In this document: piece after piece, positions 55,466 through 64,000 of the stretch | Numbering within the stretch: position 1 is the stretch's first letter | How the letters are laid out: every line of letters starts with the position of its first letter | From: an uncultured Eubacteriales bacterium | GTDB taxonomy: Bacteria > Bacillota > Clostridia > Oscillospirales > CAG-272 | Direction of reading: 5' to 3' | DNA length: 64,000 nucleotides | NCBI GenBank assembly: GCA_900546315.1 | Contig: URCP01000003.1 | Location: 485-64,484, forward strand | Notes under the pieces: model-generated | The model's input: only the letters and a program-made list of their open reading frames with translations | The model's database searches: none | What the model was told of the DNA's origin: nothing | Position numbers and translations under genes: made by a program

Positions 55466-56140
55466 TTGAGACCGATAATAGGAATAACATCCGGGCTCTC
55501 GGACGGCGGCGATTACCTCACACGAAAGAGATACGCCGACGCCGTGACGCTCGCGGGAGGAGTACCGGTCATACTGCCGTATATGCCCGACAGCGCAGAA
55601 GAGGTGCTCGCGCACTGCGGCGGGCTGATATTCAGCGGCGGCGGAGATGTCCTGCCGGAGAGGTACGGACTTCTTGAATACGACCGGAGTCTGCTTTTCG
55701 AGCCTTCGGAGGAACGGGACACGTACGAGCTTACGCTGTTCCGTCACGCTTATGACCTTGACGTTCCGGCTCTCGGAATCTGCCGCGGAATACAGGTCAT
55801 GAACGCCGCTCTTGACGGCAAGATCGTCTACGATATACCGGGGCACAGACAGAAAGCGCCGGGAAATCTGCCGCACCATATAGTTTCTGTCACCCCCGGC
55901 TCGATTCTGCACAGAACGACCGGAAAGCTCTCACTGCCCGTGAACAGCTTCCACCATCAGGCGTCCGCCGAACCCGCAGACGGGCTCATCGTGTCGGCGA
56001 GAAGCCCGGACGGCTCGGTCGAGGCTCTGGAGGCAGTCGGGAAAAAGTTCATTCTCGGCGTACAGTGGCATCCGGAGCACATGACCGCGGAGCCGGAGCA
56101 GTCAGCGCTGTTCAGAGCACTCGTTGACGCGTCCTGCTGA
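55466..56140 (+). CDS. Class-I glutamine amidotransferase-like peptidase C26 (gamma-glutamyl-GABA hydrolase family)
   Basis: RPIIGITSG start region, GICRGIQVMN nucleophile-Cys motif, and HHQA. TTG at 55466 is 8 nt after AGGACGG; an alternative ATG lies at 55439. Confidence 0.8.
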   Translation: MRPIIGITSGLSDGGDYLTRKRYADAVTLAGGVPVILPYMPDSAEEVLAHCGGLIFSGGGDVLPERYGLLEYDRSLLFEPSEERDTYELTLFRHAYDLDVPALGICRGIQVMNAALDGKIVYDIPGHRQKAPGNLPHHIVSVTPGSILHRTTGKLSLPVNSFHHQASAEPADGLIVSARSPDGSVEALEAVGKKFILGVQWHPEHMTAEPEQSALFRALVDASC

Positions 56141-56143
56141 GAA

Positions 56144-56650
56144 TCAATTTCTCGAGCACTTCTCCGCGTCTATGGCGAGCACCACCATCAGCGCGCAGAG
56201 CGCGTCGCGGTCGTCCGCGACATCGATGACATATGTATCGGTCCAGTTGAAGAGCTGCTTCGATATCGCGGCGACGGTTTTCCCGGACGCGTCGCAGATC
56301 GAGTAATCCCACTCGAAGAAGTCGCCCTTCATCGTCCATCCTCTGAAATCTATGCTGAACGACGGCTTGAAAAAGGAAAACTCCTTGACGATCCTGCCAA
56401 TGAGCTGTCCTCCGACATAGACCTCGAACTCCGGAAAAAACGTGAACACGCGCTGCTTCAGCACACCGAGAAGCTGCCCGTTTCTGTCGGTTATATGGAA
56501 ACAGTGCCCCCACGCGAGCTGTCCCTCAACCGTATATTCTATGTCGACGTCCGAGTAATCGAACGCGTCCGGGTCGACGCCCTCCGGGAGCCTGTAGATG
56601 TTGTAGCTGTCGAACCAGCTGAGAAAGCGCTGTTTGAAAAGCAGTTTCAT
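56144..56650 (-). CDS. LURP-one-related / YxjI-like (tubby C-terminal-like fold) protein
   Basis: MKLLFKQRFLSWFDSYNIY is a typical DUF567/LURP1-family N-terminus, ~168 aa. Confidence 0.55.
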   Translation of the reverse strand: MKLLFKQRFLSWFDSYNIYRLPEGVDPDAFDYSDVDIEYTVEGQLAWGHCFHITDRNGQLLGVLKQRVFTFFPEFEVYVGGQLIGRIVKEFSFFKPSFSIDFRGWTMKGDFFEWDYSICDASGKTVAAISKQLFNWTDTYVIDVADDRDALCALMVVLAIDAEKCSRN

Positions 56651-56669
56651 AATTCGTCTCCTACACAAT

Positions 56670-57884
56670 TCATTTCAGCATATCGTAGAATTTCTCTATT
56701 TCCCCGCTGTTGCCGGACTTTTTCTTCGCGAGATTTTCGGTCAGCCTGTCGCACAGCTTCGGGGAATCGAGAAGCTGTTTTATTCCGTTATAGATGCCGT
56801 CGGAGCTTATATCGCAAAGCACACCGAGATCGCCGCCCTCGAGCTGTTCCGGCGCGGAAAGATATTTTGTCGCGAGGATAGGCTTGTACATGATCTTCGC
56901 CTCCTCGACCGAGATCGGCTTTCCCTCGTGTCTTGACGGCTGCGCGTAGATGTCGCAGTCGCGCAGGTACGAATACGGATTAGTCGTCGTGCCGAGAAAG
57001 AGCATCATATCAGCCACGCCCGCGTCGAGCAGCATCTCTGACAGCTTCGTCTTATATTCCGCGTCACCGTCTCCGAGGACATACCATCTCACGTCGTAAT
57101 TCTCCTCGCGCAGACGTTTCAGCACCGGCACGACGAGATCGAGACCCTTCTGCTCGCCGATACGACCTATTGTCAGAATTCTCTTTCCGGTAAAATGCGT
57201 GTCCGGGAAAGTGCCTCCGCGGAGAGCGAGATCCCATATCTGTTTCGGATTCGTTATGTTCTCCATCATGACGCAGCGCGGCGCTATGTCCGGGAGGTGC
57301 GCCTTCAGCGACTCGTCGATCGGTTTTGAGACAGTGACCACCTTGTCGCACTTCTCAAAGTACGCGCGGTAGATATCGTCGTCCCGCGGCGGGTTCGCGT
57401 AGTCGAAATGCAGCCACGCTATCTTTTTCTTCGCCTTCACCTTGTCGCACATATAGAACATCGTGCGGTCGCCCCAGTACGCGACGGCGACGTCGTATTC
57501 TTCCTTTATCTCCGGCATCTTTTTCATGAAGTGCAGCCACATCTTCGTCGCGATCGACGCGCGGCGCGCGCCCCTTGTCAGAGCGCTGCCGACAAAATAC
57601 GGGAAGATTTCGAAGAGCGTCAGCGGGTTCTCCTTCACGAAGCAGCCGGTCAGCGTCTTCGCCGCGTTTCTTCCGGAGAGCAGGAACATATCGCCGTACT
57701 TCTCCATCACGACGACCTTTACCTGCGGCGGGAGCTGATCCATGAGAAGCCCCTCCTTCTTCGCGAGCAGCAGCGTCACGTCGAAGCGCTCAAAGTCGAG
57801 CGCCGAAAGAAAGGACAGGAACGATTTCTCTGTCCCCGCGCAGTTCATCGTTATTCCGACGACCAGCATCTTAGTCTTTGTCAA
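56670..57884 (-). CDS. Glycosyltransferase (GT-B fold, GT4/GT1-like)
   Basis: The C-terminal PSRHEGKPISVEEAKIMYKPILAT (EX7E-type motif) is typical of retaining GT4 enzymes. Confidence 0.75.
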   Translation of the reverse strand: MTKTKMLVVGITMNCAGTEKSFLSFLSALDFERFDVTLLLAKKEGLLMDQLPPQVKVVVMEKYGDMFLLSGRNAAKTLTGCFVKENPLTLFEIFPYFVGSALTRGARRASIATKMWLHFMKKMPEIKEEYDVAVAYWGDRTMFYMCDKVKAKKKIAWLHFDYANPPRDDDIYRAYFEKCDKVVTVSKPIDESLKAHLPDIAPRCVMMENITNPKQIWDLALRGGTFPDTHFTGKRILTIGRIGEQKGLDLVVPVLKRLREENYDVRWYVLGDGDAEYKTKLSEMLLDAGVADMMLFLGTTTNPYSYLRDCDIYAQPSRHEGKPISVEEAKIMYKPILATKYLSAPEQLEGGDLGVLCDISSDGIYNGIKQLLDSPKLCDRLTENLAKKKSGNSGEIEKFYDMLK

Positions 57885-59763
57885 ATCCCTCAGCCTCCTC
57901 GTAAAGCTCCATCAGCCGCGCCTCAATCGCGGTCTGCCGCTCGTAGAGCTCGTTCATATGCATATAATCGCTCTGCTTCGACTCGTCCGACTGCTCCGCG
58001 ATTACCTTTTCAAGCTCCTTTTCGAGCTTCGCCGTCTCTTCAGCGTTCTTTCTGACGCGGGTCTGGCGGCGGCGCTGTTCGGCTGCCTGTTCCTTGTTTC
58101 TCAGGTACTGCTCCTTCGCGTCGGTTATCACCTCATTCGCGGCTGTCTCGGCGGTTTTCTGTTTATTTATGGCACGATAGCGCGCGTACTCGTCATATGT
58201 GCCCATGTAGTCAAGCGCGGGCTTCACGCCGAGATCGAGTATTCTCGTCGCGAGCTTCGATATGAAATACCGGTCGTGCGACACGGCGATTATCGTGCCG
58301 TCGAAATTCTGGAGAGCCCCCTCGAGCGCCTCACGCGAGTTGATGTCGAGATGGTTCGTCGGCTCGTCGAGGATGAGCAGGTTCATCTTCTGGAGAATCA
58401 GCTTGCAGAGCGTGAGTCTCGCCTTCTCTCCGCCGGACAGCACCGAGACCTTCTTCTCGATGTCATCCCCTTTGAAGAGAAACAGCGCGAGCGCCGAGCG
58501 TATCTCGGTCTGCGTCAGATTCTCGTGGCAATTCCATAACTCATCGAGCACCGTGTTCTCCGGGTCGAGGTTCTGGTTCTCCTGATCGTAGTAACCGACC
58601 GTCACGTTATAGCCGAACTCGAGCTCGCCCGCGTCCGGCAGCTGCTTGTCGGCGATTATCTTTATGAGCGTCGATTTTCCGCAGCCGTTCGGGCCTGAGA
58701 TGAACATTCTGTCGTGCTTCTTGAGCAGGAACGAGACGTCCGAGAAGAGCGGCTTATCCGGAAAGGATTTAGAGAGACCGCGCGCTGTCAGAACGTCGTT
58801 CCCACTCTCTCCGGATTTCGTGAAGGCGAGGCGGATCTTGTCCGGAAGCTCCTCCGGACGCTCTATCCTCACCATTCTGTCGAGCGCCTTCTGACGGCTC
58901 TCGGCGGCGATTATGTTGCGCTCGCGGTTCCAGCGGCGCTGCTGTTCGATATACGCCTCTATACGGGCGATTTCCTTCTGCTGGTTCTTGTACTGTCTCT
59001 CGCGGATCTCGCGGTTCTCCGCCTTAAGCTCGACGTATCGGGTATAGTTGCCGTTATAGAGCGTCGCGTGGCGGTTCTCGATCTCGAGCGTTCTGTTCGT
59101 GACGCGGTCGAGAAAATAGCGGTCATGCGAGATGACGAGCAGCGTCCCGCGGTAGGTTGAGAGAAAATCCTCAAGCCACGCGAGAGTCTCGATATCAAGA
59201 TGGTTCGTCGGCTCGTCGAGCATCAGAATATCCGGCGAGGTTATCAGCTGTCTCGCAAGGGCGAGCCTCGTCTTCTGACCGCCGGAAAGGCTTGATATGC
59301 GCAGGTCATGGAAACGCTCGTCGAAGCCGAGATTTTTCAGTATTCCCTTGCATCTCGAGCGGAACTCGTACCCGCCGGCGCGCTTGAAGCGGTCGGCGAG
59401 CGAGGTGTACTGCGAGATGATCTCCGGGTCACCCGTGTCGAGCTTCTTCTGTAATTCATCGAGCCGTTTCTCGTCCGCGATAAGATCCGAAAATGAAGCA
59501 AGCATGGCGTCAAGGACAGTATCATCTCCCTCAAGACCGGTATTCTGCTCGAGAAGACCGACCGACTTGTCCTTCGAGATGAAGACCGATCCATCGGTCG
59601 GAGCATACTCGCCGGTTATTATTTTGAAGAGCGTCGTTTTTCCGGCGCCGTTCACGCCGACAATCCCGAGCTTGTCGCCCTCATTCAGGCTGAACGAGAC
59701 GCGGTCAAGGATGACGTCGGTGCCGAACTCGAGCGTCACGTCGCTTAAGCTGATTGCAATCAT
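57871..59763 (-). CDS. ABC-F family ATPase (two ABC domains, C-terminal coiled-coil; Uup/YdiF-like translation factor)
   Basis: Two Walker A motifs (GVNGAGKTT, GPNGCGKST) and two signatures (LSGGQKTR, LSGGEKAR). No TM segments. The tail is basic and acidic, consistent with a coiled coil. Confidence 0.9.
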   Translation of the reverse strand: MIAISLSDVTLEFGTDVILDRVSFSLNEGDKLGIVGVNGAGKTTLFKIITGEYAPTDGSVFISKDKSVGLLEQNTGLEGDDTVLDAMLASFSDLIADEKRLDELQKKLDTGDPEIISQYTSLADRFKRAGGYEFRSRCKGILKNLGFDERFHDLRISSLSGGQKTRLALARQLITSPDILMLDEPTNHLDIETLAWLEDFLSTYRGTLLVISHDRYFLDRVTNRTLEIENRHATLYNGNYTRYVELKAENREIRERQYKNQQKEIARIEAYIEQQRRWNRERNIIAAESRQKALDRMVRIERPEELPDKIRLAFTKSGESGNDVLTARGLSKSFPDKPLFSDVSFLLKKHDRMFISGPNGCGKSTLIKIIADKQLPDAGELEFGYNVTVGYYDQENQNLDPENTVLDELWNCHENLTQTEIRSALALFLFKGDDIEKKVSVLSGGEKARLTLCKLILQKMNLLILDEPTNHLDINSREALEGALQNFDGTIIAVSHDRYFISKLATRILDLGVKPALDYMGTYDEYARYRAINKQKTAETAANEVITDAKEQYLRNKEQAAEQRRRQTRVRKNAEETAKLEKELEKVIAEQSDESKQSDYMHMNELYERQTAIEARLMELYEEAEGFDKD

Positions 59764-59832
59764 ATATAAAATCCCGCACCGGAGTCACATCCCGCGCGGC
59801 GTCCTTTCTTTGATTATTGAGTCATATATAGT

Positions 59833-59861
59833 AGTATACCACAAATCCACGGATAAATCAA
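59833..59861 (-). promoter_or_regulatory. SigmaA-type promoter for the ABC-F gene
   Basis: Minus-strand TTGATT (59861-59856), 17-nt spacer, TGG-TATACT (59838-59833). Confidence 0.5.
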
Positions 59862-59913
59862 GTATATAAAGGAAAATCCTGCGTTTCAGAGAAAAGAAAT
59901 GCGGAATTATCTA

Positions 59914-59942
59914 TTGACAGACAGGCGATATCATGTTATAAT
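59914..59942 (+). promoter_or_regulatory. Perfect-consensus sigmaA promoter for the lipoprotein genes
   Basis: TTGACA (59914-59919), 17-nt spacer, TGT-TATAAT (59937-59942). Confidence 0.65.
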
Positions 59943-59990
59943 TTAGTCATACGACACTGGCCGGGTCAAAAAACGCGCACGGAGGAACAA

Positions 59991-61082
59991 ATGAAGGCAA
60001 AGATACTCATATCACTGTTGATCGCCGCCGCGCTCATCTGCGGATGCGGCTCTGAGGAACACACCGAAACAGATATAACGACAGACCAGATATCGTTCAT
60101 TGAAACGACAACAAAACCGGCAGACACATCGACAGCCGCCACAGAGGAGACATCAGATAACGAGACCTCCGAGCCGCAGACCGACGACGTTGTGACCGGC
60201 GACACCGTGACAGAAGCGCCGGAGGCATATCACCCGTTTCCGGATATCCCGGAGATATCCTATAAGGATGACGGATATTACCTGACCGTATATGAGGTCA
60301 TAGACCAAAAGCTCGAATTCAACACCCCTCCGGAGCACGTCGTTTATGCCGACAGCATATACCGCAACAGTTATACCGGATACGGGGTGATTATACGCAT
60401 TCTGAGTGATGACGGACTGATAACATGGGTACACGCGGTTGAAAACGACGACGATGCGCTCGAATTCTTCTGGCCGGATTACGACGAGACTTTAGAGTGG
60501 GATGGTTTCACTATCATGCACGACGACTGGTCCAACACATTCGTGCTGAAGGACGGCGAGGTCGTTATGGCGACACGCGACGGCGCGGCTGAGATATACG
60601 GAAATCTGTTACTGATCTATTTCTTCCCAAATTCCGGGAGTGTGGATATAACGCTGTATGGTCCGGGTCTCACTCCTCTGTGTGATAAGCCGGTCTACTC
60701 ACTCACAAAAACGCCGGACGGTGTCGGCGGCATAACCGACGACCATCATTTCACCGTATGGGACACCGATGGAAACGTCCTGCGTGTCAGCCGTGAATAC
60801 GACAAAATCTACGCCGCGTCGCAGGGATACATACTCGTCCGGAACGGAGACGTGAAGCTCATTGACAGCTATGAAAACGAAGTGGCAGTATACGAGGGAA
60901 TACCGGAAGAAACAGAGATCATGGCGTACTCATTCAAAATATGGGGAGAACAATACAGCGAGCGGATATATTTCAGCCTTATGGACGATGAGAACAATCT
61001 TGTATACTCCGTCGCCTTCAACTCCTCAACAGGTGAGACAAGTCTCACTACGGAATCAGCCGACAATGTCACGATCGGATAA
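59991..61082 (+). CDS. Uncharacterised lipoprotein with acidic Thr/Glu/Asp-rich linker
   Basis: Signal peptide plus lipobox (AALICGCG) and a GGAGGA SD. No domain I can name. Confidence 0.7.
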   Translation: MKAKILISLLIAAALICGCGSEEHTETDITTDQISFIETTTKPADTSTAATEETSDNETSEPQTDDVVTGDTVTEAPEAYHPFPDIPEISYKDDGYYLTVYEVIDQKLEFNTPPEHVVYADSIYRNSYTGYGVIIRILSDDGLITWVHAVENDDDALEFFWPDYDETLEWDGFTIMHDDWSNTFVLKDGEVVMATRDGAAEIYGNLLLIYFFPNSGSVDITLYGPGLTPLCDKPVYSLTKTPDGVGGITDDHHFTVWDTDGNVLRVSREYDKIYAASQGYILVRNGDVKLIDSYENEVAVYEGIPEETEIMAYSFKIWGEQYSERIYFSLMDDENNLVYSVAFNSSTGETSLTTESADNVTIG

Positions 61083-61152
61083 CGGCATCTGAATACCACC
61101 TCTGAAAATCTCAGACACAAAACAAACCACCATCGAAAGGAACAATGTCAGA

Positions 61153-61929
61153 ATGAAAAGCTCACAGACCACCGCCGCGCTCGCGGCACTGCTCATCGCG
61201 TCTTCAATCCTCACCGGGTGCGGAAAGTTCGACACCTCTGGCATGACCTCTCTCGGCACGTCGGAGGACGGCTTCTCCATGTACGCCGGAGACAGCCACA
61301 ACTACGCCGTCGATGAAAACGGAAAACTCCTCCTTGAATACGACGGCGACCTCACCCCGGTCGGCGGCGGAAACCACATCTATGTGAATGATATAACATC
61401 CGAGGCACAGCTCGACGACATCACGATACCGGAGCATATATACACCCTATATGACAGAAAGCTCGGGCGGATCGACTCTTTCTATGAATACGCGGCAATC
61501 GGCGGCTCAGATGAAACCACGACACAAGGAGAGTTCGCGGACGGCGCAGTATCACCCGGAGTCGCGGCGATATCCGTCACCTCGCTCTACCTCTACTCTC
61601 CGGACGGTGAGATGATCCGTTCGGACACGTTCGACAACGCGTTCTTCGTGACAGGCAGATATGCCGTCGCCGCGGTCGACAACTATCTCAAGGTCTACGA
61701 GTTCTTCGACGGCGATAAGATTGTCGACACACATGAGGTGGCTGATTTCGGTGAGTTCGCGGGATACCTGAACACGGGCGTCGCCGACGGATGGGAATTC
61801 TCACAGGCGGATAATGAATCATCTCCTACGTATAAGTTCAGGATATACATTCAGAGACAGGAAGGCGAGCCATACCGCGTGACCATGACCTACGACCCCG
61901 CGACCGGCGAGGTCGGACAGAGAGACTGA
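61153..61929 (+). CDS. Uncharacterised lipoprotein
   Basis: Signal peptide plus lipobox (SILTGCG). No recognisable domain. Confidence 0.7.
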   Translation: MKSSQTTAALAALLIASSILTGCGKFDTSGMTSLGTSEDGFSMYAGDSHNYAVDENGKLLLEYDGDLTPVGGGNHIYVNDITSEAQLDDITIPEHIYTLYDRKLGRIDSFYEYAAIGGSDETTTQGEFADGAVSPGVAAISVTSLYLYSPDGEMIRSDTFDNAFFVTGRYAVAAVDNYLKVYEFFDGDKIVDTHEVADFGEFAGYLNTGVADGWEFSQADNESSPTYKFRIYIQRQEGEPYRVTMTYDPATGEVGQRD

Positions 61930-61943
61930 ACCAAAAACATAAC

Positions 61944-61973
61944 GGAGCTGTCGCATGGCAGCCCCGTTTTTTT
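61944..61973 (+). terminator. Intrinsic terminator after the lipoprotein genes
   Basis: GGAGCTG-TCGCATGG-CAGCCCC (one mismatch) followed by GTTTTTTT. Its stem sequence is shared with the split stem at 12930..13080. Confidence 0.6.
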
Positions 61974-62176
61974 CATTTTATTAACCCGTGATCACCGCAC
62001 CAGCCGCACTCCCACGTGTTGCCGTGAACTGTCGCGGTCTCTCCGCAGTTCGGACAGCGCATTGTCCTTATCGTATGTTTTCCCGTGTCGGAAGACGACG
62101 GCTTATTCCCGGCGCTGAAGGCGGCTATGAAGGCGATCACGATTATCAACGGAAGAAGTATAATCACAAAAAGCAT
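61973..62176 (-). CDS. Small membrane-anchored zinc-ribbon protein (67 aa)
   Basis: GGAGA SD 7 nt before the ATG. N-terminal TM helix, then CPNCG...CGWCG (four-Cys zinc ribbon). Confidence 0.5.
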   Translation of the reverse strand: MLFVIILLPLIIVIAFIAAFSAGNKPSSSDTGKHTIRTMRCPNCGETATVHGNTWECGWCGDHGLIK

Positions 62177-62373
62177 AAAGTCATCTCCATTATTTCAAAA
62201 CTGGCATTCCGGCTCATGAGTGTATTATATCACATATTTTCGGAACAATCAAGTGCCGGATCAAAAATCGCAGCGAAATATTCTTGTCGAAATGCGGAAT
62301 ATATTTGTTGACACGCCGGAAGAGTTATGATAGAATAGTTACAGCAATATCATGAAAGGTATGGTTTTCAGAT

Positions 62374-63699
62374 ATGGAAAAGCAAATATATAACTTCATA
62401 CGCGCGGGTGAGAGCTACGTCAAAGACCGCGTCGACACCGACATCGAGCGCAGCCGCAAGGCTCTCTTCGGACTCGTCATAGCCGACGGCGGAAAACCCG
62501 TCTCCGGCGACGTCACGGTCGAGGCGAAGATGACCGACATCGACTTCAACTTCGGCGCTAACATCTTCATGCTCAACCAGTATGAGGACGAGCGCGACGA
62601 AATGTACAAGAAGGAGTTCACGAAGCTCCTCAACTCCGCCGCCATCCCGCTCTACTGGGAGGGCACAGAACCTACCCGCGGGAACCTGCGCTACTCCGCC
62701 GACACACCGAACGACGTCTACCGTCGTCCGCCCGCCGACATCGTCGCGGATTTCTGTGAAAAGAACGGCATACGCATGAAGGGTCATCCCCTATTCTGGC
62801 ACGAGTTCATCCCCGAGTGGATAACGACAATGCCATACAGCGAGCTCAAAAAATACATCGAAAAGCGCTTCCGCGAGATTTCCGGAAGATACGCGTCGAG
62901 AGTCGAGCGCTTCGACGTCGTCAACGAGCCGTCAAGGATATATGACGTCTATATGTCGAGCCGCGGCGGGAAGTGGAACTATGTCCTTCCGGAGGATAAC
63001 TACTGCGTGTGGCTCTTTGACCTCGCGAGAAGGTATTTCCCGGCGAACACGCTGATCCTCAACGACACAGTCGGCGCGTCCTTCCACGAGTTCCGCGGGA
63101 AGTACAGCGGATACTATCTCAACATAAAGGATCTCCTCTCGCGCGGTGTTCCGATCGACGAGATCGGTATGCAGTGCCACCTCGGCGACCGCGGCGGCGA
63201 GAACGTGTACAACGGTGAGCGGCTCTATAATGTGCTCGACACCTACGCGTCGCTTGACAGACCGATCAATATCTCTGAGATAAGCATCCCGTCGGTCATC
63301 GAGGGAGAAAAGGACGAGGATCTTCAGGCTCTCGCGGCGGAGCAGCTTTACAAGATATGCTTCAGCCATCCCGCCCTCTCCGGCATCACATGGTGGAACC
63401 TGACCGACGACGGCGTCCTGACGACAAAGCGCAAGGCAGGAGACGAAAACCTCCCCTCGACCGGTCTGATAGACGGAAGCTACAACGAAAAGCCCGCGTA
63501 CAAGGCGCTGCACAGACTCATCCACGAGGAGTGGACGACGAACGAGACGCTGACGACCTCGACCGGCTCGGTCAGGTTCAGGGGCTTCTACGGAAAATAC
63601 GAGATCACTGTCCGCACGCCGGAAAAGACTGTCACGAAGAAAATCCACCTCTCGAAGGAACTCTCGAGAATCAGAAGAATTGACCTGTCGGAGAATTAA
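62374..63699 (+). CDS. Glycoside hydrolase family 10-like protein (xylanase fold), cytoplasmic
   Basis: GHPLFWHEFIPEW, FDVVNEP (acid/base Glu region), ILNDT, GMQCHL and INISEISIP (nucleophile Glu region) follow the GH10 motif order. No signal peptide. Confidence 0.75.
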   Translation: MEKQIYNFIRAGESYVKDRVDTDIERSRKALFGLVIADGGKPVSGDVTVEAKMTDIDFNFGANIFMLNQYEDERDEMYKKEFTKLLNSAAIPLYWEGTEPTRGNLRYSADTPNDVYRRPPADIVADFCEKNGIRMKGHPLFWHEFIPEWITTMPYSELKKYIEKRFREISGRYASRVERFDVVNEPSRIYDVYMSSRGGKWNYVLPEDNYCVWLFDLARRYFPANTLILNDTVGASFHEFRGKYSGYYLNIKDLLSRGVPIDEIGMQCHLGDRGGENVYNGERLYNVLDTYASLDRPINISEISIPSVIEGEKDEDLQALAAEQLYKICFSHPALSGITWWNLTDDGVLTTKRKAGDENLPSTGLIDGSYNEKPAYKALHRLIHEEWTTNETLTTSTGSVRFRGFYGKYEITVRTPEKTVTKKIHLSKELSRIRRIDLSEN

Positions 63700-64000
63700 T
63701 TTTTCAGGGAAGAACGGAACTCTCCCGGGGTCATGCCCCAATACTCACGGAACGCCTTTATAAAGTGCGCCTCGCTCGAATACCCCGTCTCGAGCGAGGC
63801 GTTTATTATGCTCGAGCCGGTCTCCATGAGCTCCCTCGCGCGGGTCTGCCTCAAGTCGGTCAGGTATTTCTTGTAGGTGGAACCGGTGGCGGTACGAAAA
63901 TCGTCGAGAAGCTTTGTATGACCGACTCCGAAACGTACGCATAGTGTGTCTATTGTCACGGGTTCTGCAAGATTGTCCGTTATATACTGAAGAACATCCT
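63696..64000 (-). CDS. AraC-family transcriptional regulator, C-terminal HTH part (5' end outside the window)
   Basis: The frame is open to the window edge (..QYITDNLAEPVTIDTLCVRFGVGHTKLLDDF...GYSSEAHFIKAFREYWGMTPGEF). Its stop overlaps the GH10 stop (TTAA at 63696-63699). Confidence 0.8.
   Translation of the reverse strand, partial: DVLQYITDNLAEPVTIDTLCVRFGVGHTKLLDDFRTATGSTYKKYLTDLRQTRARELMETGSSIINASLETGYSSEAHFIKAFREYWGMTPGEFRSSLKN

Noticed and set aside
63696-63699. Overlapping convergent stop codons of the GH10 and AraC genes (TTAA).
   Set aside because: This is a trivial 4-nt tail-to-tail overlap with no structural or regulatory signal beyond it.
1-64000. Searched for CRISPR arrays, restriction-modification, toxin-antitoxin, Abi or other defence modules, transposases, integrases, phage genes, and tRNA/rRNA.
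   Set aside because: I found no regularly spaced direct repeats, no nuclease, helicase or methylase gene sets other than the housekeeping RNA methyltransferases, no recombinase-like ORFs, and no tRNA-like cloverleaf candidates by eye. The repeats present are palindromic singletons, not arrays.

Overview
This 64-kb chromosomal window reads like a GC-rich Firmicute (Clostridia-type) genome. Supporting signs are a WalR/WalK-YycH-YycI operon, lipobox lipoproteins, GGAGG-type Shine-Dalgarno sites, frequent TTG/GTG starts, yabB-like methyltransferase/rsmI synteny, and many near-consensus TTGACA-17-TATAAT promoters in AT-rich spacers. I count roughly 50 real genes. Glycan and sugar utilisation genes (GH16, GH10, GH127-like, DUF4091, a beta-helix protein, a GH38 remnant, UxuA, a Gfo/Idh/MocA pair, ROK and AraC regulators, ABC solute-binding lipoproteins, a TAXI-TRAP transporter) are interleaved with housekeeping genes (murA, rsmI, an RluA-family synthase, nrdR, trkAH, an ABC-F ATPase, queT). 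I saw no rRNA/tRNA, CRISPR array, transposase/integrase, prophage or recognisable defence genes. All homology calls come from motif recognition by eye; no database search was possible. The most unusual content is non-coding: three separate families of structured palindromic intergenic repeats, two of them with compensatory stem changes. One family carries the SD of the downstream gene. Other points of interest are a sugar locus in apparent decay (GH38 with two in-frame TGA codons plus an apparent in-frame catalytic-core deletion, and a HAD gene frameshifted in an A7 run), a pair of uncharacterised membrane-anchored paralogues with their own promoter, and an nrdR-coupled degenerate histidine-kinase-like protein. 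Many long ORFs in the six-frame track are antisense or N-terminal-extension artefacts of GC-rich coding DNA and were not annotated.
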